Of a stretch of DNA of 64,000 nucleotides, positions 17,447-26,993 are shown piece by piece. The stretch lies in NCBI GenBank assembly GCA_963836175.1, contig CAWIIS010000008.1, positions 148,838-212,837 on the forward strand. Direction: 5' to 3'. Made by a program: the position numbers and the translations under genes. Below the pieces are notes generated by a model. It worked only from the letters and a program-made list of their open reading frames with translations, was not told where the DNA came from and ran no database searches. How positions within the stretch are numbered: the first letter of the stretch is position 1; every line of letters starts with the position of its first letter. This stretch comes from Nitrospirota bacterium (GTDB lineage Bacteria > Nitrospirota > UBA9217).

Positions 17447-20410
17447 ATGAAAAAAGTTTTTCTGTTTGTGATTCTTGCCTGCTGGTTGCCGTCGATCCCG
17501 GCTTTTGCCCAGCAGGCACCCTATGGGCTCCCTCCGGGGTACATGGAAAAGCTCAAAGAAATGCTGCCCCCGGGGACGCAACTTCCCGCGGAAATGGGCG
17601 GGGACGATACAGCCGGGAGCTTCGGGAAACCAAAGCCTTTGATCGACCTGCCTCACGTCCAGGAGACCCGGTACAAACCCCAGCCTTCCTCTTCAGATAC
17701 CCAGTCGCCCTTCGGCTCCGGCAGAACACCGGAACAGAAAGCCGCCGCAATCGCCGCAATCAATGCGGAACTTGATGCAAAGCCCTACATCCTTCCCATC
17801 AAGGCATATGCACCGGCGAAAAGCGAGATCCTGAAGCTCGCCAAGGAGCTCAACACAGAGGCGAAAAAGAAATTCGCGCCCGATGAACTGGCCGCATACG
17901 CACAGACCGTCACCTGGATGCCCCGTTTCGACGGCCTTCAACTCGATCCGAAGAAAGCCACCCAGTATTCGATCCTGGTTTCCACCGCCACCAACTACTT
18001 CACGCGGCCCCGTTACATTGTTGCCCTGGCAACTGCCGTCTTTTCCCTTGATCCGCAAGGCGCCGTGAGCGCCAATAATCTGGCTTCCGCTGTCGTTTCA
18101 GCGGGGGAGCGGCTCGGTTCCGATGCCAGGGCGCTTGCCACGGCCCGCAAGCAGGCAGAAGCCGTGTACGCCTATACCCTGGCAAATTCCCTGGAAGATG
18201 GCGCATGGAAGGAGAAGAGCTTCACGCCGATCCTGAACCTGGGATACCTGTACATCGATATGGGCAGGCCCGACGAGGCATGCTCGCTTTTCCGGGTGGC
18301 GCGCAAATTGAAACCCTTTTCCTGGGACGCGGCCCAGGGGCTTGCAGCATATTTTATCGCCATAGGCCAGCGCGATAAAGCAAAGGCAGTGCTGGAGGAC
18401 GAGAATCTTGACAAGCCGGCCATGCTGATGGTCGCGAAAAAGTCGGCCAAGCTCCTTGAAAAGAGCGATCCCTTCGGCGATATGCCCCTGGACGCGCCCG
18501 AGGAACGCTACAAGGAAGGCATCGAAATCATGAACTCGGAGCCGATCGCAACGGCCGCGGATTTCATTGGCCAGCTGGACCAGAGCGAACGGAACAAGAT
18601 GCGGCATTTCATCGAAAATCTGCCGCCCAAGGGGAGCTTTAACGCGCCTTCCATCACCAAGGTATCCCAGTACTCGAACGTCCAGGCCATCTCGTCGCCG
18701 CAGGGCGTGGGCGGGCTCAAGGAGTTCGCCGAGATGGTCGGCATGTACACCGCCTCAGGATCGGCATCCATCGTGAAAAACCAGATGGAAATGCTGAGCC
18801 GTATGGGGCTGAACATCGATCCGGGGGTGGACCTCGATGACCTTGCCCGGCATCCCGAAAAATACGAAGGGAAAGAGATCGAGACCAGGGTCACCGGCAA
18901 GGAGAAGTTCAAGGCCAATATGCAGGCAATGGCCGACCAGGCGAAATCCGCCAAGCGGGAAACGAAACCGGGCCAGGCTTCCGCCCTGACCGCCATGGTG
19001 AGCACCATAGATCCCTTTTTCACGATACTGCAGATAGAGCCTGAAAAATACGCCGATCCCATGAATGTCGCGATCCAGAAGCATAACTTTGCCGTGCATA
19101 ACCGCAAGACGAACCTCTACAACGGCTATCTCTTCACCGTCAACAAGCAGACCTACAGCGCCGTGCTGGACGTATTCAGGCTGTACGTGGCCAAGCTCGG
19201 GCCGCTTGCTCAACAGAGGGAGGCGGAACTGGAGGCGCTGGAAGAGCAGCTCCAGGGGGCCATGGACGCCATATCGCAGCTCAAGCGGCATGCGGTCCAC
19301 GCGAAATATTTTGAGATGAAGAACAACGCGACCCAGGTTGCGTACGCAAATGCCACGAACGTGTCGTCGGTCGCCTATGTCCAGAAGATAAAGCCGACCG
19401 TGGAAGCCTACTATTACGACGTGATCCGGCATGTTGCCATGATCAGCGACCCCGGGATCAGGAAACAGAAGGACCTGGAGCTGAAAAGTTCGGTCAATGG
19501 AGCGCTCATGTGGGCGCTGCAGACCGTGCTCGTGGCCCATGGCTCGTACTCCTACGACGATGAGTGGGACTGCGACTGCGACATCGAGGCCCTGCTCCGT
19601 CAGCGGGACGCCGAGCAGGCAGCGCTCGACGCGTTGGAGAACGAGCGCATCGCGCGGAACAAGGCCGCCAAAAAAATGTTCGACTCGGGGGAGATCCCTG
19701 AATCGTCGCCGTTGTTCAAGAAGCTCGATGCCTTCGGCACGGACCTCAGCATACCGTTCATCCCGTTTTTGAGCGGAAGGATCTCCTGCGCCCGCACCGT
19801 GGTCAGGCTCGATACCGATGCCTTGCCCATCCCGGGTATTGCAAAGCTTTTCGGGTCCATGTCCAGGAGCGAAAATACCGGGGCTGCCACGTATGCCGGC
19901 GGCGTGGAGGTCGGTCTTTCCGCGGAGGCCGGGGCCGCGAGCGCCGACGCAACGCTCAGCTTGTCCGGCTCGGTGTCCACGGACGGCAACGGGAATGTGC
20001 GGGATTACTCGGTCACACCCGCCACCAGTCTCTCGGTCAGCGTCGGAGACGTGAAGGCATCGCTTGACGCTCAGGTGACGGTCGGGCGCGGTAGTGACGG
20101 CAACGCGACCGTCAGGGATTACTCCATGACCGCCGGCGCTGAATATTCAACTGAGGTCGCGAGCGCCGACGTAAGTGTCGGCGGGAAAATGACCTTCGGC
20201 CCCAACGGACTGGATTCAGACTTCACCGCAGGCATCAGCAAGGATATAAAGACCGGATACAAGCCGGGCAAAGGCTCGCTCGAGGCTTCAACAAAAAAGA
20301 GAGGTTGTTCGGTGTCGACAGAGGTCACCAGCAGTTTCCTGCAAACGGCGCAGGACGTGGCGGACCAGTGGCACGTGAAGGAAATCTGGTCCGGGGAGTT
20401 CAAGATCTGA
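17447..20410 (+). CDS. Large secreted protein (987 aa), TPR-like region, unknown function
   Basis: Intact ORF. Signal MKKVFLFVILACWLPSIPAFAQQ. TPR-like helices around LNLGYLYIDMGRPDEACSLFRVARKLKP. Beta-rich repetitive C-terminus. Confidence 0.7.
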   Translation: MKKVFLFVILACWLPSIPAFAQQAPYGLPPGYMEKLKEMLPPGTQLPAEMGGDDTAGSFGKPKPLIDLPHVQETRYKPQPSSSDTQSPFGSGRTPEQKAAAIAAINAELDAKPYILPIKAYAPAKSEILKLAKELNTEAKKKFAPDELAAYAQTVTWMPRFDGLQLDPKKATQYSILVSTATNYFTRPRYIVALATAVFSLDPQGAVSANNLASAVVSAGERLGSDARALATARKQAEAVYAYTLANSLEDGAWKEKSFTPILNLGYLYIDMGRPDEACSLFRVARKLKPFSWDAAQGLAAYFIAIGQRDKAKAVLEDENLDKPAMLMVAKKSAKLLEKSDPFGDMPLDAPEERYKEGIEIMNSEPIATAADFIGQLDQSERNKMRHFIENLPPKGSFNAPSITKVSQYSNVQAISSPQGVGGLKEFAEMVGMYTASGSASIVKNQMEMLSRMGLNIDPGVDLDDLARHPEKYEGKEIETRVTGKEKFKANMQAMADQAKSAKRETKPGQASALTAMVSTIDPFFTILQIEPEKYADPMNVAIQKHNFAVHNRKTNLYNGYLFTVNKQTYSAVLDVFRLYVAKLGPLAQQREAELEALEEQLQGAMDAISQLKRHAVHAKYFEMKNNATQVAYANATNVSSVAYVQKIKPTVEAYYYDVIRHVAMISDPGIRKQKDLELKSSVNGALMWALQTVLVAHGSYSYDDEWDCDCDIEALLRQRDAEQAALDALENERIARNKAAKKMFDSGEIPESSPLFKKLDAFGTDLSIPFIPFLSGRISCARTVVRLDTDALPIPGIAKLFGSMSRSENTGAATYAGGVEVGLSAEAGAASADATLSLSGSVSTDGNGNVRDYSVTPATSLSVSVGDVKASLDAQVTVGRGSDGNATVRDYSMTAGAEYSTEVASADVSVGGKMTFGPNGLDSDFTAGISKDIKTGYKPGKGSLEASTKKRGCSVSTEVTSSFLQTAQDVADQWHVKEIWSGEFKI

Positions 20411-20457
20411 GATGTTGCAATCCGGCTCCATATACTCCAGACTCACAGAGGTTATCC

Positions 20458-20787
20458 ATGGAAATCCTTAATCATCTCCGTGCCTATCATTATGCAGCCG
20501 GTGTGCTGGCATGTCAGCGGCACGATCTCTACTGCGGCCAATGCAGCGCATGGAACAACACGCTGAACAATATCCGCGAAGCGCTGAAGCAGTTCGAAGC
20601 CGGGCACGCAGCCGAACTTCGCGGCCTCTCTCCGGAGGCCGCGGCGCTCCTGGCCGGGACGCGCAGCCGCCTGGCGGGCCTTGCCAATGCGGCGAATCCC
20701 GCGGGCCAGAAGAAGGCCGGCAACTGCAAACTGCCTGAAGGCGTTTGTTTCGTGAAGGCCTCCCGCGCCCTTCTGGAAAAGGTCTGA
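20458..20787 (+). CDS. Small hypothetical protein (109 aa)
   Basis: Internal ATG of ORF 20305..20787 that does not overlap the upstream gene. No recognisable motif. Confidence 0.4.
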   Translation: MEILNHLRAYHYAAGVLACQRHDLYCGQCSAWNNTLNNIREALKQFEAGHAAELRGLSPEAAALLAGTRSRLAGLANAANPAGQKKAGNCKLPEGVCFVKASRALLEKV

Positions 20788-20835
20788 TCTCTGAAAAAAA
20801 TCTAAGACACCTGTGCTACTATTGAGTCATTAACG

Positions 20836-20945
20836 TCTTAAAATAAAAACGACATGGTTGAGAACCACCACCCCAACCCCTCCTTGTCAAGGAGGGGCTA
20901 TGCAATTCCTCCCCTTGATAAGGGGAGGTGAGGTGGGGTGATTCG
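20836..20945. repeat. Dispersed REP/MITE-like element (AAAATAAAAACGACATG head plus GC-rich hairpins)
   Basis: Hairpins CCCTCCTTGTCAAGGAGGGG and CCTCCCCTTGATAAGGGGAGG. A related copy is at 32581..32700 and a fragment at about 39063-39085. Confidence 0.6.
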
Positions 20946-20985
20946 GGTGTACGGTTCCTGACTGGCTACGAAAACGAGGTCATTC

Positions 20986-21579
20986 ATGTCCATTCGCATG
21001 CAGGTCTTTTCTGATTACATCTGACCCTTCTGCTACATCGGCGAGGGCATCGTCGAAAAGCTGAAACAGGAATTCGACCTCGAGGTCGAATGGCGGGGCA
21101 TGGAGCTCCATCCCGAGACGCCTTCGGAAGGGACCCTTATGACCGCGAGGTTCCGGGAAGAGGACATCAAGCGCATGATGGGGCACCTTCGTCTCATGGG
21201 TACGCCCTTCGGGATCGCTTTTGTGGACCGCCCTCTCCTTTCCAACTCCCGTCCGGCCCTCCTGGCAGCGGAATTCGCCAGGGAACAGGGCAAATTTCAG
21301 ACATTTCACGAAGCAGTGTTCGCTGCCTATTTTTCTCATGGCATGGATATCGGCGATCTCGATGTCCTCAGGCAGATCGCACGCGATATCGGGATGGATG
21401 CGGACGAGCTCGGAGACGCTGTTAAAAGCGGGAAGTACGCGCCGACGCTCGAAAAGGCGAAAGAAGAAGCCGCACGTCTGGGCGTGACCGGCGTGCCCAC
21501 GTTCTTCATCAACGACAAAAGGTCCATTGTCGGCGCGCAGTCCCTTGACGTATTCCGGAAGACCCTTCGTTCTGTGTGA
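20986..21579 (+). CDS. DsbA/FrnE-like thiol:disulfide oxidoreductase with in-frame UGA in the redox motif (UPFC); selenoprotein candidate
   Basis: ATG 20986 is in the same frame as ORF 21100..21579. It reads MSIRMQVFSDYI-TGA(21022..21024)-PFCYIG, so the UGA sits where the first Cys of CxxC is expected. The DsbA-like body follows (GVTGVPTFFINDKRSIVGAQS). Confidence 0.7.
21038..21056 (+). promoter_or_regulatory. Candidate SECIS hairpin
   Basis: UCGGCGA-GGGCA-UCGUCGA (7 bp including one G-U, 5-nt G-rich loop), starting 13 nt after the UGA. Confidence 0.45.
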
Positions 21580-21888
21580 GCTGTCGCTTTTTCTTGTTTC
21601 CGTCGAAGTTACGACCCTCTGTGGCCGTTTTTTCGTAACCTCATTGACACCTTTTTTTTGCTATGCTAGATTAGCTCCCGTACGGCACGCATCCGCAAGG
21701 TAATATTCGCAACTGGTTAACTGTATTTTTATCGATGCGTTTTCCGCCTACCCTTAAAATACCCCGCACAGGGTATTTACATTGGATCGTACTTTCCCTT
21801 ATTCTATTGCCTGTTGCCAGTATTGTGATTCCGCATGCGTCATACTGAATGGGACACCGTTTTTCTCACGAGCTTGAACTCAGCGTGC

Positions 21889-21910
21889 GCGAACAACTGT
21901 CTTTGTTCGC
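21889..21910. promoter_or_regulatory. Perfect 8-6-8 inverted repeat upstream of cooS (candidate operator)
   Basis: GCGAACAA-CTGTCT-TTGTTCGC, 35 nt upstream of the cooS ATG. Confidence 0.3.
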
Positions 21911-21944
21911 TTAAGTTCATATAATCATCGATCGGGAGGTCAGT

Positions 21945-23847
21945 ATGGAAAAGTCTATTGACAGTGCTACACTCTCTGCGTTAAAGACCGCGGAGACGTC
22001 GGGGATCAAGACCGTCTGGGACCGGTACGAAGCGCAGAAGCCGCAGTGCGGGTTCGGCGAGACCGGCCTGTGCTGCAGGAACTGCATGCAGGGGCCCTGC
22101 AGGATCGATCCCTTCGGCGAGGGGCCCCAGACCGGCGTCTGCGGAGCGAACGCGGATGTGATGGTCGCGCGCTGGGTTGCCGGGCCGTGGCGGCAGGCAC
22201 GGCATCGCACGGCGGCCACGCCAAGCACCTGGCCCACACGCTGCTGAAATCGGCCAACGGCGAGGCCGCCGATTATCCGATCAAGGACGAGGCCAAGCTC
22301 AGGGCGGTCGCCGCCGGATCGGCGTGACCGGCGGCGACGTGAAGACGCTCGCGCGGAACGTGGCCCTGAAGGCGCTGGAGGAATTCTCCGAGAAGGAGTC
22401 CCCGCTCACCTGGGCGGCCTCCACCGTGACCAAGGGCCGCGTGGACACCTTCGTGAAGCTCGGCGTGGTGCCCACGGGCATCGACAGCGTGGTGGCGGAG
22501 TCCATGCACCGGACGACCTACGGCGTCGACGCCGATCCGGTGAACCTGCTGCTCGGCGCGATCAAATGCGCCCTGGCCGACTATGCGGGGTGCCATCTGG
22601 CCACGGACCTTGCGGACATCCTCTTCGGCACGCCGCAGCCCGCGGTGACGAGCGCGAACCTCGGGGTGCTCAAGAAGAACGCCGTGAACATCGCCGTGCA
22701 CGGCCACAACCCGCTCCTCTCCGACATGATCGCGCAGGTGGCGGACGATAAAGGAGCTGAACGACAAGGCCAGGGCTGCCGGCGCTTCGGAAGGGATCAA
22801 CGTCGTCGGCGTCTGCTGCACCGGGAACGAAGTGATGATGCGCCACAAGATCCCGCTGGCAACAAGCTCCGTGTCCCAGGAGACCGCGATCCTGACCGGC
22901 GCCCTGGACGCCATGGTCGTCGACTACCAGTGCATCATGCCCTCCCTCGCGAACGTGGCCGAGTGCTATCACACCAAGCTCATCACCACCATGTCCATCG
23001 CAAAGATACCCGAAGGCCATGCATATCGAGTTCCAGGAGGCGAACGCCCGGGAATCGGCAGCGAAGATCATCCTCGCCGCGATCGAAGCGTTCAAGAAGC
23101 GCGACCCGAAGAAGATCAACATCCCCGACGATCTCAAGCCCGGCGATCGTCGGGTTCTCCACCGAGACGATCGTGGGCGCCCTCGCGAAGGTGAACAAGG
23201 AGGACCCGCTCAAGCCGCTCATCGACAACATCGTTTCCGGCAACATCTACGGCGTCTGCCTGTTTGCCGGGTGCAATACCGTCAAGGTCACGCAGGACGC
23301 GAACTATGTCGCGATGATCAAGGAACTGGCGAAGAACAACGTGCTGATCCTGGCAACGGGCTGCGCCTCCGGCGCCTTTGCGCGCCACGGGTTCATGACG
23401 CCCGAGGCGACGAACAAGTACGCCGGGCCGGGGCTCAAGGCCGTGCTCACGGCGGTGGGACAGGCCGCGGGCCTGGGCGGGCCGCTGCCGCTGGTGCTCC
23501 ATATGGGCTCCTGCGTGGACAATTCGCGGGCCGCGGACGTGGCGGTTGCGGTGGCGAACAAGCTCGGCGTGGACCTGAACAAGCTCCCGGTCGTTGCTTC
23601 GGCGCCCGAGGCGGTGACGGAAAAGGCCGTGGCCATCGGCACGTGGGCCGTGGCAGCGGGGCTGCCGACCCATCTCGGCGTGGTGCCGCCCGTGCTCGGC
23701 AGCAAGGTGGTGACCCAGGTGCTCACGTCGACGGCAAAGGACCTCTTCGGCGGCTAGTTCATCGTGGAGCCCGATCCGGTCAAAGCGTCAGGACAGCTGC
23801 TTGCAGCCATGGCCGAGCGCCGCAAAGGCCTCGGGCTCTCGGCATAG
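21945..23847 (+). CDS. cooS: Anaerobic Ni-Fe carbon monoxide dehydrogenase catalytic subunit, about 6 frame breaks plus an in-frame TAG at 23755
   Basis: N-terminus QCGFGETGLCCRNCMQGPCRI...GVCGANAD. Pieces in ORFs 21945.., 22046.., 22177.., 22832.., 23019.. together give a continuous CooS-like sequence. The C-terminal ...DLFGG-TAG-FIVEPDPVKA...RRKGLGL still looks CooS-like. Confidence 0.85.
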
Positions 23848-23856
23848 GAGGACGAC

Positions 23857-24354
23857 ATGGACCAGATATTCGTGAAACCGGAAAAGTGCATGGGCTGCAG
23901 AAGCTGCGAGATCGCCTGCGCGGTCCAGCATTCGAAAGACAAGAACCTGTTTTCCGCCGTGCTCCAGTCGCCGCCGCCGATGAAGCGGCTCTTCGTGGAG
24001 GCAGCCGACGGCATCAGGATGCCGGTCCTCTGCAGGCACTGCGAGGATGCGCCGTGCCTGAACGCCTGCATCAGCGGCTGTCTCTACCGGGACGACAAGA
24101 AGTTCGTGCGCAGGAGGAAAGAGCGCTGCATCGGGTGCTGGTCCTGCGTCATGGCCTGCCCCTTCGGCGTGATTTCCCGGGACAGGGAGAAGCACATCGC
24201 GGTAAAATGCGACCGTTGCCATAAGCTCGATGTCCCGGCCTGCGTGAACGCCTGCCCTACGCGGGCGCTCGTCCTGGCCGAGGTGGACCGGATGTCGGAG
24301 GAAAAGCGGCAGAAGGTCGTGTTCGCCGAAACAGCAGGCGCGGGCCGGCCATAA
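23857..24354 (+). CDS. cooF: CooF-like 4Fe-4S ferredoxin
   Basis: Intact, with multiple CxxCxxCxxxCP clusters (CMGCRSCEIAC, CRHCEDAPC, CIGCWSCVMACP, CDRC...CVNACP). Sits directly after cooS. Confidence 0.8.
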   Translation: MDQIFVKPEKCMGCRSCEIACAVQHSKDKNLFSAVLQSPPPMKRLFVEAADGIRMPVLCRHCEDAPCLNACISGCLYRDDKKFVRRRKERCIGCWSCVMACPFGVISRDREKHIAVKCDRCHKLDVPACVNACPTRALVLAEVDRMSEEKRQKVVFAETAGAGRP

Positions 24355-24368
24355 CAGAGGAGGACAGC

Positions 24369-25624
24369 ATGCGTTACGTGATCATAGGCGGCAGCATTGC
24401 GGGGGTCTCCGCGGCACAGGCCATTCGCGAGCAGGACAGCGCCGCCGACATCAGGGTGATCTCAGGAGAAAAGTCCGGCCCGTACTACCGGCCCGTCATT
24501 CCCGTATCTTATCAGCGGGCAGAAGAGCGAGCGCGAGATCTTCTATCCCGAGGACCCGCTCACGGGGAAGGACATCGCCTCAGTCCTCGGGACCGCGATC
24601 GGGGTGGATGCGAAGAAGAAGGAGGTCCTGCTTGCGTCAGGGGAGCGGCTGTCCTACGATGCCCTCCTGCTTGCCACCGGCAGCGTCCCGCTGAAACCGC
24701 CGATCCCCGGGATGGACGGGGAGGGCGTGTATCCGCTCAGGAACATGGACCAGGCAGGTCAGGATCCGCGATGCCGCGAAGGCCGCGGGGAGCGCCGTGG
24801 TCATCGGCGGCGGCCTGGTGGGGATCAAGGCCGCCCTTGCCCTGCGGGAGCGGAGCCGGTCTCAAGGGAACGGGCCCGCGGGAGGTGACCGTCGTCGAGA
24901 TGCTTCCGGAGATCCTGAGCGGGCGGCTCGACCGGCGCGGCAGCCGGATCATCCGGGACGCCGTGGAACGGGAAGGCGTCACGGTGCTCACGAACAGGGG
25001 CGTGGCGAAGGTCGTCCGCGACGCAAGGGAAGCCGTGACTCGGGTGCAGCTCAGCTCCGGCGGGACGCTCAAGGCGGACCTCGTCATCGTTGCGGCGGGC
25101 GTTCGGCCGAACATCTCCTGTCTCAAGGGGTCGGGCGTGCAGGACCAACAAAGGCGTTCTGGTGGATGGGTCGCTCCGGACGAACGTTGCCGGGATCTAC
25201 GCGGCCGGCGACGTGGTGGAAGGCAGGGAACTGCTGAGCGACAAGAACGCCGTGAGCGGGCTCTGGGGGAATGCCGTCGAGATGGGCCGCGCCGCAGGCA
25301 TGAACATGGCGGGCGGAAAGGTGAACTATCCCGGGTTCCTCTCGGTGATGAACGCCTCGGAGATAGCGGGCGTTCCCTTTGTCTCCGTCGGGCTCATTGA
25401 CGCCGAAGGGAAAGAAGTACAGAACGACCTCGCACGACGACGGGAAGAGCTACTGGAAGCTGGTGTTCGAGGGAGATTTCCTGGTCGGCGCGGTCTTTGT
25501 CGGCGACCTGAAGAACGCGGGGCTTTACACCGCCCTGATAAAGAACCATGTCCCGATCACCCGGTTCAGAGACAGGATCGAGCGGAGGACCGCTTCGTAT
25601 CCGGACCTGCTTGTCGCGGGGTGA
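24369..25624 (+). CDS. FAD/NAD(P)-dependent pyridine nucleotide-disulfide oxidoreductase (CODH-associated flavoprotein), about 4-5 frame breaks
   Basis: MRYVIIGGSIAGVSAA dinucleotide fold. Second Rossmann motif VVIGGGLVGIKAAL. YAAGDVVE. Pieces are in ORFs 24369.., 24604.., 24797.., 25090.., 25379... Confidence 0.7.
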
Positions 25625-25812
25625 CATTCGTCATAACGTGATATGCGCCGGGCCATTGTCTCTTGATATCCCTCTTGTCGCAACCATTTCCGTTTTCAAT
25701 GTCAGCGTTCCTCCGTCCAAGCTGCCTTCCTCCGGATGAAAAATATCCCCCCGCACACGTATTTCTCAAAGTGTACGAAAATGGTATACTATTTCCATGC
25801 GGGAGAATTCTC

Positions 25813-26796
25813 ATGGGACATGAATCAAGCGGCTATTCAGAAAAAGAACTCCTTCGCATGATCCGCAAATGGGTGGCGCGGGAGCGCGTGCCGAAGCGGG
25901 TCCGGGTCAAGGACACGTCGGATTTTTTTCGCGTGGACTACGATGACGTGGTCGTGCTCGACAACGTGCCCTATTTCGTCAGGAACAACGAGCGCGAAGG
26001 CAGGTTCGGGATCGACGACGAGCAGAAGTTCTGGGTCAAGCGCGCCCGGGACCTCCTGACCGGCGACGTCAAGATCCTGAAATGGGTCTTCCGCGAGCGT
26101 TTCGAGGCCAGGATCGGGAACCTCGTGTTCGACTGCGTGCGCAGCCCGCAGAAAGAGGCGCGGATCCTCGAACTGGTGAGCGGAAAGCCGGCGTTCATGC
26201 AGGGCAAGACCGTGCTCGATACGGCCGGCAATCAGCTGCGCATCCTGGACTATATCAGGGGCAAGACCCTGGGCCAGGTGGCGCTGGAGCTGGGCTCGGG
26301 CCATGAGGACTATTTCCATAACCACTTTCCCGCGCTGCTCCGCGAGTTCATGGGGCTCGTCGAGGCGATCCGTTTTCTGCACGACCATAATGAGAAGCAC
26401 GGCGACATCAGGCGCGACCACATCATCAGGGACGATGCGACCGGGCACTACCGCTGGATCGACTTCGATTTCAACTACCGCCACGGCGAGAGCAGGTTCG
26501 GCTACGACCTCTTCGGCCTCGGGAACGTACTCCTGTTCCTCACCGGACGGGGCGATATCACGACCTACCGGCTCGCGCGCGAGGATCCGGAGGCCTTCGA
26601 CCGCCTGACCGGGGACGATGTGAACATCGTTTTCCACAACCGGGTGAACAACCTCAAAAAGATCTATCCCTATATCCCGGAAAAGCTGAACCGGGTGCTG
26701 ATGCACTTTGCCGTCAGCGCGCCGGTGTACTATGAGGAGACGCAGGAACTGCTCGACGACCTGGGAGAAGCGGGGGGGGAGCTCACTGAAGGGTGA
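25813..26796 (+). CDS. Protein-kinase-like fold protein (atypical)
   Basis: HGDIRRDHI (HRD-like catalytic loop) and IDFDF (DFG-like). The start was chosen at the ATG with a GGGAGA RBS. Confidence 0.45.
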   Translation: MGHESSGYSEKELLRMIRKWVARERVPKRVRVKDTSDFFRVDYDDVVVLDNVPYFVRNNEREGRFGIDDEQKFWVKRARDLLTGDVKILKWVFRERFEARIGNLVFDCVRSPQKEARILELVSGKPAFMQGKTVLDTAGNQLRILDYIRGKTLGQVALELGSGHEDYFHNHFPALLREFMGLVEAIRFLHDHNEKHGDIRRDHIIRDDATGHYRWIDFDFNYRHGESRFGYDLFGLGNVLLFLTGRGDITTYRLAREDPEAFDRLTGDDVNIVFHNRVNNLKKIYPYIPEKLNRVLMHFAVSAPVYYEETQELLDDLGEAGGELTEG

Positions 26797-26993
26797 TTCG
26801 TTCGGAGTCTGGAGTTTGGAGTTCGGAATGCGGAATTTGGAATGCGGAACAAAAAGGCAAGGCGTCTCGCGCAGAGCCGCAGTGCCCGCAGAGAAAAAAA
26901 ATTAAAAAAGATTTAGGCCTTTCTCTGCGCCTCAGCGTCTCTGCGCGAAAGTTTGTTCTATTTTGAACTGTTGTAAAATGAAAGGAGCCTTGC

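Noticed and set aside
20860-20945. Short coding potential in GC-rich hairpin repeats (also at 32640..32700 and 41975..42020)
   Set aside because: These are palindromic REP-like elements (CCCTCCTTGTCAAGGAGGGG and similar). They recur in intergenic positions. Their apparent ORFs are by-products of the repeat.
23755-23757. TAG in cooS as pyrrolysine
   Set aside because: There are no pyl genes in the window. Pyl is not known in CODH, and that position is not a conserved functional residue. A substitution error or a natural truncation is far more likely.
25837-26706. 289-aa minus-strand ORF. Similar long antisense ORFs occur at 28302..29288, 18755..19540, 8622..9500, 22273..22914, 37477..38211, 46252..46971 and 50069..50809.
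   Set aside because: Each lies entirely opposite a plus-strand gene with recognisable motifs. None has a motif or a plausible start context.
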